From NCBI RefSeq assembly GCF_009914755.1, contig NC_060926.1: DNA of 64,000 nucleotides; one strand, written 5' to 3'. The notes under the pieces were generated by a model. It searched no databases, was not told the origin of the DNA, and worked only from the letters and a program-made list of their open reading frames with translations. Source of the stretch: the human T2T-CHM13v2.0 reference genome, Homo sapiens. Positions 37,935-61,409 of this stretch are shown in pieces (position 1 is the first letter of the stretch; each line of letters begins with the position of its first letter). Position numbers and translations under genes: made by a program.

Positions 37935-38246
<312 letters not shown>

Positions 38247-38689
38247 CTATTATCCAAATCTGTTGGCCATTATATAAAATTATTAAATTATTAAAAGTGT
38301 ACAAAATCTGATGAGTATATTTTATGTTGATAGAATATATGCCAGAAGAACACATGTGATTGGCCCAGTTTTGTTTTTATTACAAGAGTAGTTACAGGTG
38401 CAGATTAAGTGTCCCCAGTTCTCTTCCTGCTAAGTGAGTAAGTATCTAATGTTATCTTTAAGTATATTTTGAGGAACCCTGGGAAGCCTGAATACTCTTT
38501 TAGGGGGTCTGTTTGCGTGAGGCTAGATTTGATCCATATACTTGAATCAAAGGAGTATATTGCAACTAGTTGAATGTAGAGGCAGATAATTAAATCAAGG
38601 TCTCTTCTGTTAAGCTATTTTGCATTTTCAGAATTTAGAAAGAAATACACAAAAATATAAAATAGTACCACTTTTATTAAAAATAGTTA

Positions 38690-39368
38690 TTTTAGTAAAA
38701 ATAGAACTAGCATATGATCTATCAGTCCCACTATTGAATATATATCCAAGGGAAATAAATCAGAATCTCGAAGAGATATTTGCACTGCTGTTTATTGCAG
38801 CACCATACAGAATAGCCAAGATACAGAATCAACTTAGCGGCCATCAACAGGTGAATGGATAAAGAAAACTTGGTTATACACAGTGGAATACTATTCAGCC
38901 ATGAGAAGGATGAGATCCTTTCTTTCATAGCAACATAGATGAGCCTGGTGGGACATTATGTTAAGTGAAATACATCAAACATTGGAAGATAAATATTGCA
39001 TGTTCTCACTCACGTAGAAGCTAAAAAAATTGATCTCAATCAACGTAGAGAGTAGAATAGTGGTACTAAAGCTGGGAGGGAAAGGTAGAGAGGAGGGAAT
39101 AGGGAGAGGTTGGTTAATGGATACACAATTACAACTAGATAGGAGGAATAGGTTCTGTTGTTGTATAGCACAGTAGGGTGACTGTAGTAAATAAAAATTG
39201 TATTTTGTCAAACAGCTAGAAGAGAGGATGTTGAATGTTACCAACACTCAAAGGTTTGAGGCGGTGGATACAATAATTACCCTATTTTGATCATTACACA
39301 TTGTATACACATATTGAAATACCACACTATACCCCATAAATATGTACAACTATGTGCTAATTAAAAAT
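38690..39368 (+). mobile_element. L1 (L1MA-type) 3' end
   Basis: ATAGAACTAGCATATGATC...GAATGGATAAAGAAAA...TACCCCATAAATATGTACAA. Confidence 0.88.
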
Positions 39369-39653
39369 GTTTTGCTTTTTAAATAATTTAGTTTTCATTA
39401 AAATGTTATTTGTGTTGACATATAATAGGTGCTGGTCTGTTTTGCATTATGAAAAAGTTATAATGCCTCACAAATTTGAATCACATCTGAAGATGCCAAT
39501 TTGTTTTAACAGACAACCCTTAGGGTTTTATCTAGGGGACATATAAAACTGAGATATTTTGACAGGATAGCATTTTGTTTTTACTTCTCGTTATGACAGT
39601 TTGTTTTTAAGCACTCTTTTTTCAATTCTGTTTATGCTTTTTTCGTTCGTCAG

Positions 39654-39731
39654 GTTTGTTTAAGCATCTTAAACACGTGGCATGGAAGACCAGAAGAGAA
39701 GTGGAATCCTCAGACCTCAAGCTTTTTGCAA
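39654..39731 (+). CDS. BIRC6: BIRC6 exon 71, [26 protein letters not shown], containing the catalytic cysteine (codon 39657-39659)
   Basis: Not in the ORF track. Acceptor TTCGTTCGTCAG|; donor CAA|GTAAAC; 78 nt; completes the GKVCLSIL active-site motif; counting back from a 4857-aa C-terminus gives C4666, the known BIRC6 catalytic residue. Confidence 0.97.
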
Positions 39732-39980
39732 GTAAACAAAATTTCTCTGACATTTTCACTTAAGAAATAAAGAACTGTGTAGTATTTTAAAAAATTTTTA
39801 GTGACCAAGAATAAATATAGTAAACCTAAAAAAAGATAGATTACTAGGAAATGCATATTAAATAGCTTATAGGTGAGAAGTTAGCATAATGGAGTCTCAT
39901 CTTATGTGTAATCTAAAATCTCAAGTTGGGGCATAAAACAAAAATTGAGTTTAGCCAAAACTCCCATCAAAAAAAATTCC

Positions 39981-40395
39981 AGGCCAGGCGCAGTGCCCAC
40001 CGTTACCTGTGTTTCTTGATTTCTGTTCCTGAACAGATTATGAGAGCCTCTTACAGTTGTGCAGATGCTAACATGAAGCTGAAAAGGAGAGGGGGCACAG
40101 GTGTGTTGGCACAGCACTTTGGGAGGCTGAGATGGGTGGATCATTTGAGGTCAGGAGTTCGAGACCAGCTTGGCCAACGTGGTAAGACCCGCATCTCTAC
40201 TAAAAATACAAAATACAATTAGCCGGACGAGGTGGTGCGTGCCTATAATCCCAGCTACTAGGAGGCGCCTCTGAGGTAGGAGAATCGCTGGAACCCCGGA
40301 GGAGGAGATTGCAGTGAGCCGAGATCACGGCACTACACTCTAGCCTGGGTGACAGAGGGAGACTCTATCTAAAAAATAAAAATCAATAAATAAAA
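39981..40395 (+). mobile_element. Alu whose 5' end is interrupted by about 110 bp of non-Alu DNA
   Basis: GGCCAGGCGCAGTGCCCAC, then an insert at 40001-40111, then CAGCACTTTGGGAGG. Confidence 0.85.
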
Positions 40396-41374
40396 ACGAA
40401 AGGGACAGTAAATTTGGCCTGTGAATAAAAGTCTTTACTCTGAAAATATCAACAAATTGACTCAAATCATGAGCCTACATTATGGATTAAAAATAAATAT
40501 TTATTATTACATCAATATAAATATATGTATATATATATCATATATACTGTATGTTTTTATGTTAATTACCAATTGATTTTTAACTCAGATTCTAAGAAAA
40601 CACTTTAGCTTGGTATAAGTAAAATAAATACTACTTTTTGGTTTGATCCAAATAGCTTTTTAAGTGACGTTCTGTTGATCAGACAGTTCATGCTGGCTGC
40701 TTTTTTGCATGCCTCTAATATATTTATAGAAATTATTTTTAGTGTAGAATTGATTTTGTTCTATATTATAAAGTTATGTAATTCTCTCATTCATCCTGTA
40801 ACACAAGTAGATCTTATGCCCCTTTTACAGATGATGAAAATATAGGTTCTAAATGTACAGATAACTTTACTGTGATCCCTATGACTTCAAATATTGTACA
40901 CTGTTTCTCAGGCCTAAAGTTTTATTTTATAATACTGAAAATCAGATTTTTTTAAAAGAGGAAATCCTTCATGCCAAGGGTTTACTGTTTCTCTGCTTAT
41001 TTCCGGCCTACAGTAAAATGTAGTGTGCATTAAAATGACTGTGTCCAGTTCAGACAATCCAGTGGTCCAGAAATTCCCTAAAATATGTATTATAGCTATT
41101 AAATAGCTAAGTTCACTATTGAAAAATAAAGTGGCATTTATACTCTTCCAAAAAGGTAATGTCTGCTGGGCCACCCAGTGGTAAGATAACCCATGTCATA
41201 AAGTATTTTTTGAATTTAATTGCAGGAAGTATTGATCTCTGATAATCTTTTGTTGTTATTCTTATCAAATACAAACTTTATATTTTTCTCTCAGCAGACA
41301 ATAAATTATAGCCACATTTATTTCTCAGATGTAATTTTTTGTTCCTTTTTTCTGGTACACAAAACACTCATTCT

Positions 41375-41900
41375 TTTTTGTTTAACTTTTATGTTAGGTT
41401 CAGGGGTTCCACTGCAGGTTTGTTATATAGGTAAACTCACGTCACAAGGGTTTGCTATACAGATTATTTTGTCACTCTGGTACTAAGCGTAGTATGCAAT
41501 AGTTATTTTTTTCTTTTTTCTTTTTTCTTTTTCTTTTCTTTTCTTTTTTTTTTTTTTGAGACAGGGTCTCACTCTGTGGCCCAGGCTGGGCACAACCTTG
41601 GCTTACTACAACCTCTGCGTCTCGGGTTCAAGCTGTGTTTCCACCTTAGCCTCCTGAGTAGCTGAGATCACAGACATGCACCACCACACCCGGCTAATTT
41701 TTGTATTTTTAGTAGAGACAGGGTTTCACCATGTTGACCAGGATGGCCTCGAGCCCCTGATCTCAAGTGATCTGTCTGCCTCAGCCTCCCAAAGTGTTAG
41801 GATTACAGGCGTTAGCCAACGTGCCCAGCCAGTAGTTATTTTTTTCTGATCTTTTCCCTCCTCCCACGTTTCACCATCAAATAGGCCCCAGCGTCTGCAA
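41375..41900 (-). mobile_element. L1P-like 3' end with nested minus Alu (about 41520-41830)
   Basis: GCAGGTTTGTTATATAGGTAAAC...TAGGCCCCAG; TSD TAGTTATTTTTT. Confidence 0.8.
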
Positions 41901-42198
41901 AATATTTTATGCTTCCTTTAGTGGGCTTTGCTTTGCTGTTTTAAACAAAATACGCCGTGAATCTAAAGTAATTTTTAAATTGTTATAACTGACTGAGATC
42001 TATAAAACCATATTGTGTCTCAAAGGAGATGAGGTTAAATAAATAAAAGAGTCCTTTTTTATAAATTTGTAATGAATATTTAATTTCTTTCTGTGCTTTT
42101 GTACAAAAATGCAATTATACCCTACTTATATTAACAGAAGAGGACAATTATTTAAGAGGGAAGAGGACAGTAACTAATAACTATGCCTTTGAAACTTA

Positions 42199-44943
<2,745 letters not shown>

Positions 44944-44973
44944 ATGGTAGTAGATAGTACAGATGAAGTATAA

Positions 44974-45461
<488 letters not shown>

Positions 45462-45552
45462 TAAAGTTGTCTTGCAAATAGAAATTTTGCCCTTATTCTA
45501 ATGTGTATATATAAGGAGAATGCCATTTCTTTTTTTTATTTTTTTGAGATAG

Positions 45553-45862
<310 letters not shown>

Positions 45863-45933
45863 TGATATGAGTTTCCAAAACCTGTATTAATACACTGAAG
45901 TGGTTTTTTTCACGTCATCCTGAAGTGTGGCTC

Positions 45934-45960
45934 TGTGTGTGTGTGTGTGTGTGTGTGTGT
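45934..45960. repeat. (TG)n microsatellite
   Basis: About 13 TG units. Confidence 0.95.
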
Positions 45961-47281
45961 AGCTTTTTGCCTGTGATTAGTTGTCTCTCCATAGTATACC
46001 TAAATAGAATTATACTTTTCACCTGCCATATCAAATGACGTTAGCATCACAACTTGCTGTGATTGTGTCCAGAAACATTTTTCTTTCTTAAAATTGTTTC
46101 ACTTGATCATTAATTTCTTAAATTGTGCTGGAAAGTTAACATTTTAGAGGAAAAAATGGTATATTTACCTGATATAAAATTGATCTTTAATATAACTATG
46201 CAGATGTTCTACATGAATACTATGAAGCCACCTCCTTCATCAGATAGCACTGATGAATATTTCTTTTTCTTTGGCTTTTGCTGTTACTGAGTAAATTTAT
46301 ATTCCAGTGTCCTTTGAATGACAAAGTTGGATACTTTACTTTTGCAAAGATCGCGCCACGGCACTCCAGCCTGGGCAGCACGGTGAGACTCTGTCTCAAA
46401 AAAAAAAAAAAAAAAGTAATTTGTTTTATGCATATCATTTTTTTCAGGAAGGATAAACACAGGGAACTCAGAGAAGGGGATGACTTTTACAAAAAGCAAA
46501 TATGTATAATTTGAGACAATCAACTTTCTCATTCTTTAGAACCTAGCTTGCGTTAAAGGGGCCACTCCTTGGCCATGTATGCTTTCCCAGTTTTCCTAAT
46601 CAAATGCCACTCGCTACTCTTTGAATGCCCTGGGCTTTTTGCTTTTGTTTATTGTTGTTCTTTAAAATATATTTTTTTGGTACACTCCCGTCCCATCTGA
46701 TTCTGTTGTTACCACTGTTCTTCATTTAAAGCTGTGTCATACTTACTTCTGTATCCCAGAGGCTTCAAACCCAATAACTATTAAATGTGGTGGGATCGTA
46801 TTGGTGTTTGACATTCATTCCCAGAGCTTTCTAGTGATTTTCCCTTTATAGGTTTGATTGTCTGTTCTTTAGGGCAGACATGCTCCCTGGGCAATGCTCA
46901 ACCAGAATACAGAGCAATGTTTCCAAATTGATAATTGCTTTCTAATTTAAATTTGTCAGAAATAGACTCTTACTACTATATGTTGGTAGAAATTTTACTC
47001 AGTTTTTCAAAGATAGAATTGAAAGATAGAATTTAAAAATCGCAAATGTAAATCACAGTAATAATAAGGAAATTTAACTTCCTAAAATAAAATCCCATCT
47101 ATAAATTAAACAGAAGATAAAATTAAGCAAGTAAGAATAGTGCCATTTCTGGGGATTTCTGTGTGAATGCCTTTGGCATTTAGAATATACTTATCTAGGT
47201 GTTCTTTGAGTTATCTTTTAAAGGCAGAAATTTCTCTGTTGTCAATACTTTTTAAATCTTTTCGCCTGGTTACTTATTTAG

Positions 47282-47623
<342 letters not shown>

Positions 47624-47718
47624 TGATCTCCCAGAATGCTGGGATTACAGGCGTGAGCCACCACACCGGGCCATAAATTTCATATATTTCAACACGTCAT
47701 ATCAAATCATGAGCTTGA

Positions 47719-47895
<177 letters not shown>

Positions 47896-48095
47896 TAGAA
47901 AAACATTGCAGTGTCTGTATATTTATTTCATTAAATGTATTTATAATAATATTCTAAATATTAATTTAAATGTATTTATAGAATAAATTATTTAAATGTA
48001 TTTATAATACATTTTACTTCTTTGTAATGTCATTTACTGTGTCTTTTAAATTTGACTGTAAACACTGCTTGTTCTCCTGTTTACTTTTTCTCAAG

Positions 48096-48230
48096 GTAAT
48101 ACACAAACATTTTTACTTGAAAAGAGTTGAGATAATGGCCCAATGTGAGGAGTGGATTGCGGATATCCAGCAGTACAGCAGTGATAAGCGGGTAGGCAGG
48201 ACTATGTCTCACCATGCAGCAGCTCTCAAG
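48096..48230 (+). CDS. BIRC6: BIRC6 exon 73, VIHKHFYLKRVEIMAQCEEWIADIQQYSSDKRVGRTMSHHAAALK
   Basis: Polypyrimidine tract plus AAG| acceptor; consensus donor AAG|GTGAGT; 135 nt. Confidence 0.95.
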
Positions 48231-51138
48231 GTGAGTAAGCCTCTCTAACAGGAGCCTTGTTGCTTTAAGAGTTGTGTAATTATTGACAGAACCATGCCTA
48301 CCAGAAGATAATGGGAGGGAGGGAATTAAAGAAACATAATATGTATTTTCAGTTCAGAGGAATAAATTGTTACTCAGAAGTCTATAGAAAAGATACATTT
48401 TTTTTTGGTAGTAGATTGACAGTTCCTAAAATAAAAAGTGGGTCCAAGGACTGAGACAACAGAGTTTTGTAAAGTTCCTTGAAGATAATGATGACAAGAT
48501 GTGCTCCATGAATGCCTTTTCCTTTTTCTTTTTTTCTTTTGAGACTGGATTTCATTCTGTTGTCCCAGCCTAGAGTGCAGTGGTGGCATCATGACTCTCT
48601 GTAACCTTGAACTCCTGGGCTCAAGCAGTCCTCCCACCTCAGCTTCCCATGTAGCTAGGACTACAGGTAGCTGCCACAGTGCCCAGTTAAATTTTTTTAT
48701 TTTCAATTTTGTAGAGATGGGGTCTCACCCTGTTTCCTAGGCTAGGCTCAAGTGATCCTCCCACCTCAGCCACCCAAATCACTGGAATTATAGGCATGAG
48801 CAACCGTGCCAGACTTGAAGGACTTCTTTTATTCCCTTAGTCTTTCCCTAGGCCTCCTGCCTTCCAGAATTTTATTACTTGGAGTGATGAGGGAGATTTG
48901 AGTTGCAGATTCTCCCTCAGCTGATGGTGGCAGTGGCTGTGTTAGGGGAGAAAGCAGTTGTTTTCAGTTTGGACGTTCATAGAATGGAAATGTGAAATGT
49001 GATTGGTTTGGAAGATTTTCTGTCTACCCACGGAGATCTTTCTTTGTAACAGCCTTCCTTTTTTCCTGCATCTGAATGTCTTTACTCATTTCATCCTCCA
49101 CCAATATCCTCCCTTTTCTATCTTCAGGTTTTTCCATTTCTACTGGCTTGTTATCTTCTAACTTTAAAGCTGTCTTCACTTCAAACAACTAGTTGATGAT
49201 AAGGATTTGTTAGTTTTTTAGGTGTGATTTTTAAAAAGATCCCTATCTTTTCAGGACATGTACAGAAATATTTGTGAATGACAAAGTGTATGATGTCTGG
49301 GAATTACTTCAAAATAAAATGACAAGGGGAAAGTGTGGGAATATAGATGAAAGAAGATGGGCCATGAGTTGATAATGGTTGAAGCTGTGTGATAGATTCA
49401 TGGGACTTCATTGTACTCTTCTGCCCACTTCTGCATATGTTTGAATTTTTTCACTATAAAAATGTTTTGAAAAAGAGAGAAAAACACTTGCAGAAAATTT
49501 CCCTAAGCTAGTTCTATTTTGCCCCTATTATTATGAAACAGATTGTCTTCTTTCACCGTCAGACTATAGCAGTTGACACTTCTTGCCTCCATTTTTTAAC
49601 CTTTGTCTCACTAATCAACCTTATGCAGTTTGACTTCTATTTTACCAAAGTTACCATCTCTCCAGTTCTCAACGCCAGTGACCCTGGCTCACTTCTCCAT
49701 TCACTTCATCTGCTCTCCCTCCTCCAGGCCTTTACACATGGTTTCCATTTTCCTCTACTTTTCAGCTCTTCTGCTTGCTCACCTCCATTCATATTTCAGC
49801 TTAAATTTCACTTCATGGAACCCTGCCTTGACTGGTTTGTTTGTTTGTTTGTTTGTTTGTTTCTGAGACACTGTCTCTCTCTGCCACTCAGGCATGATCT
49901 TGGCTCACTGCATCTTCCGCCTCCCTTGTTCAAGTGATTTATCTGCCTCAGCCTCCTGAGTAGCTGGGATTACAGGCATCTGCCACCAGACCTGGCTAAC
50001 TTTTGTATTTTTATTTTCATTATTTATTTTATTTATTTATTTATTTTAGATGTAATCTTGCTCTGTTGCTCAGCCTGGAGTGCAGTGGCTTGATCTCAGC
50101 TCACTGCAGCCTTAACCTCCTGGGTTCAAGCTATTCTCCTGCCTCAGCCTCCTGAGTATCTGGGATTACAGTCACCTGCCATCATGCCCAGCTAATTTTT
50201 GCATTTTTAGTAGAGACGGGGTTTCACCATGTTGGCCAGGCTGGTCTCGAACTCCAGGCTGGTCTTGAACTCCTGACCTCAAGTGAGCCACCGCGCCCCG
50301 CCTGACTGATAGACTATTAGATCATTTCAGTATAAGCATTTCTAACCCTCTGCGTCTACCTGTTAAAACACTCATAACATTTGTCTAATGTTTGTCTTTT
50401 GTACTATACTTTTCATCTGTAGACTATCTTGGCTTTTCTGCTTATACTCTTCTTAATTCTTTCAGTGTGTTTTCCTTTTTCTTTTTTCCTGAGCAATTGT
50501 TTACCTGAAGGCTTACTTTTTGGCCTTCAGAACTATTTTTTTTCTGTCTTTCTGTTTTTCCTTCATTGTGTCTGTAACCCTGACTTTGGCCATTTACTCT
50601 CTAAAAGTGACACTTCAAACTGTTGTCAGCTGTTAGCTTTCTCTTGAGTTGTATTACTGACATTTTTTACATAGATACCCTGTCATCATCTCCTTAAAGG
50701 AGATTTTCCTCAAATCAAGTTTTCTAGCTTTCTATTTACTTAATTTTACTTGATTTTAAACCATTTTTCTCTGTCTTAGAATCTTCAAGTATTATGTATC
50801 TCATCCTTCATCCAGCACCCCTGGTCAGTACTAGGTCCTGTCAGTATTACTTCATGAGGGGACTGTCCTCTCCCCAACCCATGATTTCTGTTGAGTTCCC
50901 ACAGCTTTGTCTGTTTGTCCAGCTTCCTTGTACCAGGTTCTCCCCCTTTCAGTTCCTTCTTTAGTGCATTACCAGGCTGATCTTCCCCAAATATGTATTT
51001 AGATATGTTTTTCACTTACACAAAACTGGCTCAAGTCCAGCTTCTTTTCATTCAGTGTCTTGCTTATATCCGCATTCCTTTATTTCTTCTGTGTCACTGT
51101 CACCTGGAATTTTCCATCTCTGAATTAATCCAAATTTA

Positions 51139-51531
<393 letters not shown>

Positions 51532-51543
51532 TCATAGTATCCC

Positions 51544-51915
51544 TGTATTAGGCTGTTCTTTCTTTGCTATAAAGAAATCCTTGAGACTGGGTAATTTATA
51601 ACAAAAAGACATTCAATGGGCCCATGGTTCTGTAGGCTGTACAGGAAGCATGGAACTGGCATTTACTCTGCTTCTGTAGAGGCCTCAAGGACCTTATACT
51701 CATGGTGGAAGATGAAGCGGAATCACGAAGGCGTAGGGGTGTGGGAGGTGCCACACTTTACAACAACCCGATCTCGTGATAATTCACTCACTATCTCAGG
51801 ACAGCACCAATCCATGAGGAAACTGTCCCCATGATCCCCATTTCTCTCACCTCCAACACAGGGATTACATTTCAACATGAGATTTGGGCAGGGACAAATA
51901 TCCAAACTAGATCAA
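51544..51915 (-). mobile_element. MaLR solo LTR (MST family)
   Basis: TGTATTAGGCTGTTCTT...GCTATAAAGAAATCCTTGAGACTGGGTAATTTATAA...CATGAGATTTGGGCAGGGACAAATATCCAAAC. Confidence 0.88.
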
Positions 51916-52274
51916 TCCCCAACCTTAACTCAGTTCTCATGATTGCCAGATTTTTCTTTCTCCTTCCCTGGTTAGTGATTTCACCTGTTGTCCACAGTGG
52001 AAGGAAAATCAAGGCTAGGGAAATTCTCACTTACCGGCATGTAAATGTGCTTTGAAACTTTGCAAATAGCTGCAAGGTAGAGTTGTTTTTTCCTATTTAT
52101 GTGTCTTATAATTTCAGCCAGAATTTTAGACTCCATAAGCTTAAAGATTTTATCCTCATTCTACTCATTGCCTTTATGTTGTTGGTATTTAACACAGTGC
52201 CTCATACATAAAAATTGTTCTGTAAATAAATGTTGTTTAATTTTCAAAGTCAGCTGTTGACACTATTTAGTTTT

Positions 52275-54083
<1,809 letters not shown>

Positions 54084-54372
54084 TTAAATTGTCAGTAATG
54101 CTGTTTCTGTGACAGCTTGGCAGCATGGGTAGGATCTACTGGTGGGTTACTGAGGTCTTTTCAGCAACATCGGTTACTTTGAGGTTAAGGATTCTTGTCA
54201 GTTTTGCTTACCTACTATATCAAGTGCCTGTAACAGTAGCTTGCATAAGGAGGGGCTCAGTAAATATTTGTAGGCTTAATGCTTTGGGCTTTGTTGAAAT
54301 TCAGTTCCTGCCTCAAATGATGTTGTGCTAGAGGGTTTGCAGTTCTAACATTAGTCCTTTTCTCCTGCATAG

Positions 54373-54552
54373 CGTCACACTGCTCAGCTCCGCGAAGAGT
54401 TGCTGAAACTTCCCTGCCCTGAAGGCTTGGATCCTGACACTGACGATGCCCCAGAGGTGTGCAGAGCCACAACAGGTGCTGAGGAGACTCTAATGCATGA
54501 TCAGGTTAAACCCAGCAGCAGCAAAGAACTCCCCAGTGACTTCCAGTTATGA
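54373..54552 (+). CDS. BIRC6: BIRC6 terminal exon 74 coding part, RHTAQLREELLKLPCPEGLDPDTDDAPEVCRATTGAEETLMHDQVKPSSSKELPSDFQL*
   Basis: Not in the ORF track. Acceptor TTTCTCCTGCATAG|; 59 codons then TGA at 54550-54552. Confidence 0.96.
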   Translation, partial: RHTAQLREELLKLPCPEGLDPDTDDAPEVCRATTGAEETLMHDQVKPSSSKELPSDFQL

Positions 54553-55525
54553 GCTGCATTGATGTGGACTTCATAGACACAAAGGCTTCGAAGCACAAGC
54601 CAAATATGTCAATATTTGTATGTAAGAAACTAATTATGTAATAGGTAATGAAACTGAAACTATACTATGCCCTTAAGGAGATCCAGTTTAATTCAAGGTG
54701 ATCTTTTATTTACCTGTACAGGAGTGTAAACTTTTTTGTGCTTTTATTTTTCAATTGTGAGAACCACTGATTGGTATGTTCAACAAATTTGTGTATACAA
54801 AGAAATGGATAAATCACTGCTATATAAGGGAAACTACCTTAGGAAAGAATGTTTACTGAATGTTTATTTTATTTTATTTTTTTTTTACTATAGAGTGAGG
54901 GGTTGTTAACAAAGAATATATATTGGTCATTCTTACAACTACTATTTAAAGTCAGCAACTTTTCACTGAATTTGATAGATTTTATGTTTGGCCATATCTT
55001 CATGCTCACATTTGATTTCTGAAGACCTCCTACATACACTTCAATAAAAGTTAAATGGACATACTCCCTCTTTTTTGATTTACTGGTACATTTTTAAAAT
55101 AATAAATCTGCCATAAAATGCATTATATCTGGAGACTTGCACTTGTATGGATGAATTTATTACATTCAACATATTTAATTTTATGCCTTCTAATTCTAAG
55201 ATGCAGAAAAAAATAAATGAACATGATTTTATTCTATGCCAACATTTGGGCCTCTGAATGTATCTGTTATTTGAATTTAAGTATTTGAAAAGGAATGGTC
55301 AATTTGAAAGTCATTCTAAACTGATTTTTTTTTTCTAAAGGGCTCCTTTTTTCCTGGACTATGTGGTTTTATGACTAAAGTCACATGTATGTATTAAACA
55401 TTGAGGCTCTGTAGAGGAGAGAGGATGTACCTCTCTGGTGCTGTTACAGTACATTCTGTACCTGCCATACAGGCTCATTTTCATGCAAATTCTTCCTAGA
55501 GCCAAATAAATAAAGACTTAGGTGA
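54553..55525 (+). other. BIRC6: BIRC6 3'UTR (AU-rich, repeat-free); 3' end approximate
   Basis: Follows the stop codon; ends after the distal double poly(A) signal. Confidence 0.85.
55043..55217 (+). terminator. Candidate proximal poly(A) signals
   Basis: AATAAA at 55043, 55101 and 55212; U-rich tract after the first. Confidence 0.5.
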
Positions 55526-55544
55526 ATTAGTATGTCTTGTTTCT
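55505..55544 (+). terminator. Distal polyadenylation site: overlapping AATAAATAAA plus GU/U-rich downstream element
   Basis: AATAAA at 55505-55510 and 55509-55514; TATGTCTTGTTTCT at 55531-55544; upstream TGTA elements. Confidence 0.85.
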
Positions 55545-55662
55545 AAACCCCTTTGCCATGGTGTGAAATGCTATTTCTATAAAGAATTGAACACTTTCAA
55601 GACTTAAGCATGGGAAAACAAAGCATGTTTTTCCAAGACCAGTTGCCGCAGGGGAAAGGCTA

Positions 55663-58497
<2,835 letters not shown>

Positions 58498-60283
58498 CTA
58501 TTGATCTGTTCCTTTCTGATTTTAATTGCATTTTATTCCTTTGAAGTTATTCCCTATGCAAAGGCAAAAAAAAGGCTATATATTTTCTAACTGAGATTGA
58601 TTTTTGGTATTGTTACAGGCTTCGCTGCAACTGAATTGCAACAGGCTTGAGCTGCTTCCCATCTCGCACCCTGCAGAGGCAGGTATGGTGGTGACAAGCC
58701 AGAGTCCACATGTGGATGGAAGATACAAGCCATGTTGAAAGGAAGCTCCATCCTGCTTTCTCTTTCCTCTTCAAACTCTGCCCAGTTTCTAGCAGCCATC
58801 CAAGCCTCCTTTCTCTCAGCTTCTAGCCTCCTGATGCTTCAAGCTCTAAAGGGGCTGACGTGAACCCTGTGAGCCTATACATTTCCTGTATAGAAGAGGC
58901 ATTCTCTGGCCTTCTTTCTCCCTTAGTTCCTGGATGTGATCTCGTAGTGCTCCCATGAGCTCCACCAAAAGTCTGCTTTCCATTGCTTCCTTCATGTGTG
59001 TCCCTCTTCAGGTTGCACTAGCTGTTTTCCTGTGCAGGAAGAGACTGCAGCCCACCACCATTTTAATTGTTTTCAGTTTTATTCACGTCTCACTTCTCCA
59101 GGGAGGGAATACCCAGTCCAATTATGTCAGCTGCAGGCTGCCCTGGGCCGCTGGGAGACCTACGGCCTCAGGTTAGACACTTCTGCCTGCTGGGGTCCCC
59201 AGGATACTGCCCCTCCCCACCTCCCTGTACTCCTCTGGGTCAAAAGGTAGACAGGCATTTCCCTCGTTCTTATTCCTACCACTTCTGTTCCTTGCTGTTG
59301 CTTTCCCCCAGCCTTTCTATAGGTTTTGTTCTTTGGTTTATTCCTTCCCTTTTTCACCTTGCTGTCTGCAAAGTCAGCAAATGCAGCCATAGAGTGCCTT
59401 CCAGCTCTGGAGCTTTTCTCATCTTTAGAGGAACCAGCTAGAGCTCCTCTGTGCCGCCTTTCTGGGAGCTGCTATTTTTGTTATTGCCCTTCTTGCCAGA
59501 TAAGTATGAGATTTCCCAAGCCTGGCCAATTTTCAAATATTTGTCCTGTTGGGTTTTTTTTTTTCTTCTCTTTTTATAAGACTTTGTCAGAATTTTTTGA
59601 TATAAATTCACAAATGAGAAAAAATATTTTTTCAAGCCCAAATCACTCATATGTTAGTTTTGGTTTAAAAAAAAAAAAAATCTTCCCCCTGGTTGTCTCC
59701 ATACCCCAAAGGTAGCAGTTACTTCCTGAAGCAAGGCAAATACTTCCTTTGACCCAAAGGGCAAAGTTAATCTCCCAAAGGAGTTTAGCAAGGGAGAGCT
59801 TAGAAAGGCCTGAAGCTCACCTACCCTTAGGTGTCATTTGTAAATGCCTCTTTACCAAGGAAAGATAGTGGCCTTAACTTGTTCTGAGCACTTGTACCTG
59901 CTCTGCAATGTGCTGGATTCTTGGGATAAAATGTCATGTAAGAGTCTGACCCTACCCCCAGGAAGCTGTCAGTCTAATGAAATAAATAAATAATATTCAT
60001 CATTTCAATTGTATTTTGGGAGTCTTCCAGTTATCACCAATTTCAGTCTCTGAGCCGAAGCGATCACCTTAGATTGTGAGCCAAGGAAGGACAGATCCCT
60101 GAGAAGACTTCATGCAGCTCTAGGAAAAGCCTATACTCTTCAATCATCTGGCTTCTGATTTCGCAATGAGAAAACTATACCCTCGTCTGCCTCAAACGAG
60201 GAACCCCTAATACTTAGCTAAGAATTGCTAACATTTTTTGGTATCTATGTCCTAGACCCTATGTTTAGTACTTGATAACTTAA

Positions 60284-61249
<966 letters not shown>

Positions 61250-61409
61250 TGAACTAATTCTGTCTCCTATCTTTTTAAGTGGTGAAAGGGAGGCTGGATT
61301 TGTCATTAGCTCAAGCATAAGGAAGTCAGGATTGCGAATAGCATTTCATGACCCTTCCATCTCCTTTCATATTCATTAACAGAGCTCACATTTAATAATA
61401 ATTTTTAAC

